Source of the DNA: Candidatus Omnitrophota bacterium
GTDB taxonomy: Bacteria > Omnitrophota > Gorgyraeia > Zapsychrales > Zapsychraceae
Direction: 5' to 3'
Assembly: GCA_016931055.1 (NCBI GenBank)
Contig: JAFGFL010000091.1
Span: 42,108 to 106,107, forward strand
DNA length: 64,000 nucleotides
Below are positions 58,416 through 64,000 of the stretch, piece by piece; within the stretch, counting starts at the first letter, position 1, and every line of letters begins with the position of its first letter. A program made the position numbers and the translations under genes. The notes beneath the pieces are model-generated. The model did not search any database. It was not told where the DNA came from and was given only the letters and a program-made list of their open reading frames with translations.

Positions 58416-59348
58416 ATGAAAAAAAAAGCGCTTATTCTGGGGGTGGAAGGGTTTCTTGGCAAGGCCATGTGGAAACATTTGCAGCGGAGCAAAACACGCT
58501 GGGAAGTTTTTGGTCTTGATCATGCCGTGAGTCGGACAAGCAAGAATATCTTTGCCTGTGATATTCAACAACAGCGAAAATTGCTTGATGTCCTGGGATC
58601 GATCAAACCAGAGATTGTTTTTCATTTTGCCGGTGGCCGGTTTGTGGAAAAGAAACAGCTTATGGAAGCCAATATTTCAACAACGCGTTGTTTGTTTGAA
58701 GTGATAGCAAAAATCAGAAAATATCGGCCAAGGGTCATTATTCCTGGTACGGCGGCGGAATATGGGAAAATGCCGCCTCGAAGACGAAAGATGAATGAAT
58801 CGGACACGCCCCGTCCTTTAACGAATTATGGAGAGGCTAAATACAAACAAACCTGTTTGGCATTGGATTATGCGCGTGATGGGCATGATGTTGTTGTCGC
58901 AAGGATTTTTAATATTTCCGGAGAAGAGACTCCTTCGGGTTTGGCCATTGGCCGGTTTGCCGAACAGATTGTCCAAATAGAGAGTGGACGCTCCTGCGCA
59001 GTGATCCACTCAAAGAATCTGGATGGGCGAAGGGATTTCCTGGATATTGAAGATGTCTGTCGCGCATTATTATCCCTTGCTCGACATGGAATGGCCGGCC
59101 AAGTCTATAATGTTTGTTCGGGGCGAGCATATCGGATAAGAGAATTATTGCATGGGCTATTGGCTTTATCAAAAATTAAAGGTGTCCGGATTGAGGAAGA
59201 TGAAGGGGATTTCTCGATGAGTTGCGATGTCATCGGTTCTAATGTCAAAATCAAGTTCCTATGTGATTGGCGCCCAAAGGTCAGTATGCGAAAGAGTTTA
59301 AGAAACACGATGAATAGTTATCGTTCTTTGATCAGAGAGAATGGATAG
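58416..59348 (+). CDS. extended SDR, Rmd-like NDP-4-keto-6-deoxyhexose reductase
   Basis: LGVEGFLG, GTAAEYG, YGEAK, RIFN, FAEQI, NLDGRRDFLD, YNVCSG. Confidence 0.8.
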   Translation: MKKKALILGVEGFLGKAMWKHLQRSKTRWEVFGLDHAVSRTSKNIFACDIQQQRKLLDVLGSIKPEIVFHFAGGRFVEKKQLMEANISTTRCLFEVIAKIRKYRPRVIIPGTAAEYGKMPPRRRKMNESDTPRPLTNYGEAKYKQTCLALDYARDGHDVVVARIFNISGEETPSGLAIGRFAEQIVQIESGRSCAVIHSKNLDGRRDFLDIEDVCRALLSLARHGMAGQVYNVCSGRAYRIRELLHGLLALSKIKGVRIEEDEGDFSMSCDVIGSNVKIKFLCDWRPKVSMRKSLRNTMNSYRSLIRENG

Positions 59349-60542
59349 ATGCGGATACTCATTGTTCACAATAGATATAAGGACCCGGGCGGTGAGGACG
59401 CGGTTGTCCGTTCAGAGCGCGCGCTTTTGGAAAACTTTGGGGAAGAGGTGTTTCTCTACGAGAGGGATAACGCTGAGTTTGATTCCCGCTCAATATTAAG
59501 GAAAGTCAGCTGTCTTCGGACGTTTAGTTGGTCGGATAAAACGTACAAGGAAATAACGGATGTGATCAGGGAATTCCGGCCTGATATCGCTCATTTTCAT
59601 AATATTTTTTACGCGATCAGTCCTTCAGCCTATCAGGCCTGTAAAGATGAGAATGTTCCGGTTGTCCAGAGCCTTCATAATTTCCGTCTTTTTTGCGCGA
59701 ACGGGCTTTTTTTCCGGGATAACAAGGTATGCGAAGATTGTGTCCGCAAATCTTGGAGAGAAGGGATTGTTCACCGATGTTTCAGAAAGTCTGCTTTTAT
59801 GACAGCGCTTATCATCGGAATGATCTCGAAACATTGGAAGGAGGGAACCTGGAGTGAACTGGTTGACCGGTATATAACGGCTTCATCGTTTGGCCGGATG
59901 AAAATGATAGAAGCCGGAATCCCGGAGGGAAAAATTACGGTCAAACCGAATTTTGTTTATCCTGACCCGGGTTTTTCAGATGAGAAAAAAGAATTTGCTC
60001 TCTATGTGGGGAGATTAAGGGAGGAAAAAGGCGTTGATACGCTTGTTCAAAGCTGGGAAAAGCTTCCGGATGTTCCGTTAAGAATAATCGGCGACGGGCC
60101 GATGTTGAATCGTCTTAGGGCTTTGGTGGACAAGAGGAAAATTAGCAATGTTGAATTTCTTGGGCATGTTTCACAGGGCCAGTATGAGGTCAACATGAGA
60201 AAAGCGAGATTTCTTGTGGTTCCCTCCATATGCTATGAAAATTTTCCCAGGATAGTCGCTGAGGCCTTCGCGTTCGGGATCCCTGTTATTGCCAGCCGGT
60301 TAGGCAGTCTGGCGGAAATCATTGAAGATGGGAAGACCGGCCTGCTGTTTACTCCGGGAGATGCGAGCGACCTCGGCAAAAAAGTCCGCTGGATGATGGC
60401 CCATGACGATGGTTTGGCCCAGATGGGGAAAGAGACTCGCCAGATGTTTGAGGAGAAATATACCGATCGAAAGAACTATCGATCTTTGATGGAAATTTAT
60501 GGGAAAACGCTGGGGCAGCCATGCGCCTGTTCAGGGGCTTGA
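59349..60542 (+). CDS. GT4 glycosyltransferase
   Basis: HNRY..PGGED, HFHN, LHNFR, VGRLREEKG, PSICYENFPRIVAEAFAFGIPVIAS. Confidence 0.93.
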   Translation: MRILIVHNRYKDPGGEDAVVRSERALLENFGEEVFLYERDNAEFDSRSILRKVSCLRTFSWSDKTYKEITDVIREFRPDIAHFHNIFYAISPSAYQACKDENVPVVQSLHNFRLFCANGLFFRDNKVCEDCVRKSWREGIVHRCFRKSAFMTALIIGMISKHWKEGTWSELVDRYITASSFGRMKMIEAGIPEGKITVKPNFVYPDPGFSDEKKEFALYVGRLREEKGVDTLVQSWEKLPDVPLRIIGDGPMLNRLRALVDKRKISNVEFLGHVSQGQYEVNMRKARFLVVPSICYENFPRIVAEAFAFGIPVIASRLGSLAEIIEDGKTGLLFTPGDASDLGKKVRWMMAHDDGLAQMGKETRQMFEEKYTDRKNYRSLMEIYGKTLGQPCACSGA

Positions 60543-60543
60543 T

Positions 60544-62034
60544 ATGAACAACACAAATGTTTTAAAAGAAAGTGACGGGACCCGGATGAAAAAGTTTTTT
60601 AATTCCCATTTTGGCGTGTTGATGGTGTTTCTTTTATGTTTTTCCTATTGGAGTTATCTGTTGTTTAATTCGCGGATGGAAATAAAGCACGATGCCATCG
60701 GATATGAACAGCTTGGAACCATGATTTATAAAGAAGGATGGGGCGAGTTCTTCAAGACAGGGCCCCATCGCGAACCTTTATATCCTTTGATCATTGCTGT
60801 CTCGATGCGTATTGCGAATATAGCCCGGGTTCCGTATCAAGATGTCCAGAGGGTTATTCAAATTATGATCTTATTCATGACTCAACTCTTTATGGTCGCG
60901 ATATTGAGCAAGAGTAAAATTTCAAAGTGGATCATTCTGGCGGTGATTTACTATTTCGGCTTTTCGCCGGCTGTTGTTAATTCTGTTTTTAGCCTGTTTT
61001 CGGAGATTGCCGTTTATCCATTTGTCCTGGGTATTGTTTATTTCGGGTATCTTTCTTGGAGAGATATTCACTGTTCAAACGATGAGAAGGTTGTTTTATG
61101 GGCCGTCATGACATCATTAGCATTTGCAGGAGCTTCATTCGGAAAAGGGATATTCCAATATGTTTTTGCGTTCTTTCTCGTTCCGTTTTTTTGTGCGATG
61201 TTACGGTCATTGATCCTAAGGGACTGGAGAGTATCGCGTAAAGCATTTGTCTATATTGTCATCACCGTTTGTATTGTCGGCACAACGGTTATTTCCTATA
61301 GATCCTTGAATGAAAAATATAATGGGTCCTTTGAATTCACGAATAGATATGATTTTCTTCTCTTTGGCAATGCGGCCAAAAGGGTCGAGAAAATGGATAA
61401 GGATTTGTTTTTAGCGCACATTCTTTCGGTTCCCGGCGGCGGCGTTTGCCGTGCCGTTTTTCCGGAAGAAGCATGCCGGTATAGTGAATTCCATTATGCT
61501 GATCAATACAGGGCGATGATGTTGCCCAAACTTCTGGAAGGAACACGGCAAGAAGACGTATCGAAGAAAACCATTTCTCTTGCTTTTGAAATGATCTTTA
61601 GAAATCCGGTCCAATATGCTGTCTTAACTGCGCTGGAGAGTTTAAAAATGGGATTTTGGGAATCGACGCAAATGGGATATGTCCTTTATCCTCAGCCGTT
61701 AAACCGATTTTTTAGTTCTGCGGTAGTCAAAAACGGGGTTCGGTTTCTTTTGGCGATACTGACGTATTTCTCTTTATTTTATTGTGGATACCATGTCTAT
61801 CGGCGCAGGTCACGGTTATTTTGCTCTGATACCATTGCAGATGTCAGAGTCCAAATGGAATTCATCATTTTAATTATCGTTGTTTTATTTACCGGTTTAT
61901 ATTCGGCCTATTCCATACTGACCCGGTTTGCATTGCCTATAACGGTTCTTTATATGTGCTGTATTGCTTTTACAATGCAGAATATTCTTGAATACTATCG
62001 GTGTGGTTCTCAAAGAGGGGATTCGAAACAGTAG
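60544..62034 (+). CDS. polytopic membrane protein, GT-C-like
   Basis: N-terminal TM followed by HDAIGY and HREPLYP, then LFSE and many TM helices ending in TRFALP. ATG 60544 lies just after the GT4 stop. Confidence 0.55.
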   Translation: MNNTNVLKESDGTRMKKFFNSHFGVLMVFLLCFSYWSYLLFNSRMEIKHDAIGYEQLGTMIYKEGWGEFFKTGPHREPLYPLIIAVSMRIANIARVPYQDVQRVIQIMILFMTQLFMVAILSKSKISKWIILAVIYYFGFSPAVVNSVFSLFSEIAVYPFVLGIVYFGYLSWRDIHCSNDEKVVLWAVMTSLAFAGASFGKGIFQYVFAFFLVPFFCAMLRSLILRDWRVSRKAFVYIVITVCIVGTTVISYRSLNEKYNGSFEFTNRYDFLLFGNAAKRVEKMDKDLFLAHILSVPGGGVCRAVFPEEACRYSEFHYADQYRAMMLPKLLEGTRQEDVSKKTISLAFEMIFRNPVQYAVLTALESLKMGFWESTQMGYVLYPQPLNRFFSSAVVKNGVRFLLAILTYFSLFYCGYHVYRRRSRLFCSDTIADVRVQMEFIILIIVVLFTGLYSAYSILTRFALPITVLYMCCIAFTMQNILEYYRCGSQRGDSKQ

Positions 62035-62053
62035 GCTTTTTGTTGAATAGAGA

Positions 62054-63217
62054 ATGCCAATGGATACATACGATCAAAAACAACCTTTAAGGGTATTGGT
62101 GCTGCACAACACATTATCGCCTTATCGCATTGTTCTATTTAAAGCGCTAGCTGAGAGCGAGAAATATATTTTTAAGTTTCTTTTTTATGTGAAGCAACAT
62201 AATGATCATAAATGGGAATTTCCAGAAAATCTGGGGTTTGATTACTCAATTATGGACACCTTTGATATAAAAACGCCGGGCGGAACGTTGTATTTTATTA
62301 AAGACCTCAGTTTATTTAGGGGGACATATGACCTGGTGGTTATCAGCGATCACATTAATATACCGGAAACATTATTGCAGATATACGCGAAGATAAAAGG
62401 AATTCCTATCTTAAGGTGGACGGAAGCGACGAAGTTGATGTTGAAAAATGTTGGAAGAATAAAAAGAGGTTTCAAAGCGTTACTTAACAAGACATCCGAC
62501 GCGATGCTTGTTCCCGGGGCAGAGTCAAGAGAATATGTGCAATCGACAACAAAGAAACCAATATATACTTGTAACAATGTTGTTGATAACGAATTGTTCG
62601 CTCAGGCGAGGAATGTCTCTAGGGATGTTGTTATAAGAAAAAAAGAACAATTTGGTTTACAGGGTGTTGTTATTTCGTTTTTTGGGCAGTTTGTCAAAAG
62701 AAAAGGGGTGGAGATTTTGATTAAGGCCCTGGACTTCGTTCAATCACAAGAAGAATTCAGCTTGTTGTTGGTGGGGGATGGTATTTTAAAGAACAAGATA
62801 TTTGCCGAATTAAACAGGAATAAGCGGTATAAATTCTTTATGGCTGGATATGTTGACCAAAATATGCTGCCGACGTATTACGCGATTTCTGATATTGTTG
62901 TCTTACCTTCCTATTTGGATGTCTGGGGAATGGTTGTCAATGAATCCATCGCGGCTGGTGTGCCCGTTATTTGTTCTGACGGCGCAGGAGCCTCCAGGGA
63001 CTTAATTCATCCCGGCGAATCGGGCCTGATTTTTCCAAAGGAAGATGTTGGGGCTTTAGCTTCGGCGATTGAGACAATGCTTTCGAGTGTAGAATTGCGT
63101 AGAAATATGGTGGTTAAAGCGGATAAGATCTTGGAAAATTATACCGTCGAAAAGGCTAAAGATCAATTTCTTAAGGCAATCAATAGCACATATCGCACAA
63201 TTAAAGCGCAAAAATAA
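62054..63217 (+). CDS. GT4 glycosyltransferase
   Basis: SPYR, NVVDN, GQFVKRKG, VGDG, LPSYLDVWGMVVNESIAAGVPVICS. Confidence 0.92.
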   Translation: MPMDTYDQKQPLRVLVLHNTLSPYRIVLFKALAESEKYIFKFLFYVKQHNDHKWEFPENLGFDYSIMDTFDIKTPGGTLYFIKDLSLFRGTYDLVVISDHINIPETLLQIYAKIKGIPILRWTEATKLMLKNVGRIKRGFKALLNKTSDAMLVPGAESREYVQSTTKKPIYTCNNVVDNELFAQARNVSRDVVIRKKEQFGLQGVVISFFGQFVKRKGVEILIKALDFVQSQEEFSLLLVGDGILKNKIFAELNRNKRYKFFMAGYVDQNMLPTYYAISDIVVLPSYLDVWGMVVNESIAAGVPVICSDGAGASRDLIHPGESGLIFPKEDVGALASAIETMLSSVELRRNMVVKADKILENYTVEKAKDQFLKAINSTYRTIKAQK

Positions 63218-63274
63218 TACGGTTTATGCTTAAAAGCCGGGGCAGCTTCATTACTTAGAGAAAATATTCATACG

Positions 63275-64000
63275 ATGCAATCTCGAAGGATAATTGAATT
63301 TATTCAGAAATATGGACGGGAACTGACAGTATTTTCCATATGTGTTTACGCGATGTATCTGCGCCTGGTGAAATTGGCACACCATACGTTATGGGAAGAT
63401 GAAAAATGGCAATTGGATTGTATGCAGGGCTCTTTTCGAGCGATGTTAACAATGCTCCCGAAAAGGGAAGTCTTCCCCTATTTATCTGGAGATTACTATT
63501 TGATATTTCCGTTCTTTAAAATATTCTCTTATAACAAATGGGGCCTGGCCATTCCACATATCCTTGCCACCATCCTAGGGTTGATATTCTTATATCTCCT
63601 AAGTAAGCAATACTTTAAGACGTTCCTGGGTTATATTGTTACTTTCTCCATTGTCTGCTTAAACGCGACTTTAATTAATCATGCTACTGAAATAAGGGTG
63701 TATGCTGTATTGCCGACCTTAGCTTTAATGGCCCTTTATTTTTCACAAAAGATTGTTGATCAGAATGTTCGCATGGACATCAGAATAAAATGTGCGATCG
63801 GAATTTTTTTTGTTGTCGTGATATGGTTTCATGCCTATGGAATTGCTGTCTTTTTCTTGCCGTTGGCCTATTCAGTCATAAACACATTAATGGATAGAAA
63901 GAAAAGTGAGCAATCCTTAGTGATTTTAAAAGATATACTTAAGTTTGTAGCGGTCATCCTGTGTATTGCGATGCCTCTGTGGCTTTATAGCTTTCTTGGA
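63275..64000 (+). CDS. 5' part of a GT-C (PMT/ArnT-like) membrane glycosyltransferase, truncated by the window end; not in the ORF track
   Basis: Own translation MQSRRIIEFIQKYGRELTVFSICVYAMYLRLVKLAHHTLWEDEKW...HATEIRVYAV...WFHAYG... shows LR..LWxDE after TM1 and an ExRxY motif. The frame stays open to base 64000. Confidence 0.75.
   Translation, partial: MQSRRIIEFIQKYGRELTVFSICVYAMYLRLVKLAHHTLWEDEKWQLDCMQGSFRAMLTMLPKREVFPYLSGDYYLIFPFFKIFSYNKWGLAIPHILATILGLIFLYLLSKQYFKTFLGYIVTFSIVCLNATLINHATEIRVYAVLPTLALMALYFSQKIVDQNVRMDIRIKCAIGIFFVVVIWFHAYGIAVFFLPLAYSVINTLMDRKKSEQSLVILKDILKFVAVILCIAMPLWLYSFLG

Noticed and set aside
58419-58427. A9 tract as a phase-variation site
   Set aside because: It simply encodes MKKK at a gene start; A runs are common in this sequence.
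1-64000. CRISPR arrays, tRNA/rRNA, IS elements, prophage or defence genes, tandem repeats
   Set aside because: Coding density leaves no room and no such motifs or repeats were seen by eye. Short dispersed repeats cannot be excluded without computation.

Overview
The whole 64 kb is one uninterrupted, co-directional (+ strand) bacterial surface-glycan biosynthesis locus of about 60 CDS. It is truncated at both window edges. Genes are mostly abutting or overlapping by a few bases, and the longest intergenic gap is about 66 bp. I found no rRNA, tRNA, CRISPR array, transposase or integrase. The locus reads as six sugar-building cassettes, each ending in its own putative transferase. (1) HpcH-type aldolase, KdsB-like CMP-transferase, GmhA-like isomerase, dehydrogenases and an AroB-like sugar-phosphate cyclase. 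(2) Reverse-order HldE-like enzyme, twin DegT aminotransferases, HAD, APH-like kinase and split transketolase. (3) After an ABC flippase: fused HisF-HisH, N-acetyl-sugar amidotransferase, NeuB/NeuC/NeuA, an unannotated 57-aa peptide gene, a MAF/DUF115 protein and two cobalamin-dependent radical SAM enzymes. (4) Acyltransferase, ACP, FabG, AMP-ligase, LuxE and LuxC (an acyl-substituent module), a second NeuB/NeuC pair split by a third, AT-rich B12 radical SAM gene, and a DegT. (5) CBS-SDR fusion plus a CDP-6-deoxyhexose pathway. (6) LegB-like dehydratase, nucleotidyltransferase and reductase. Wzy_C, GT4 and GT-C membrane transferases sit near the end. All calls come from motifs read in the translations; no database searches were run, and product chemistry is inference.
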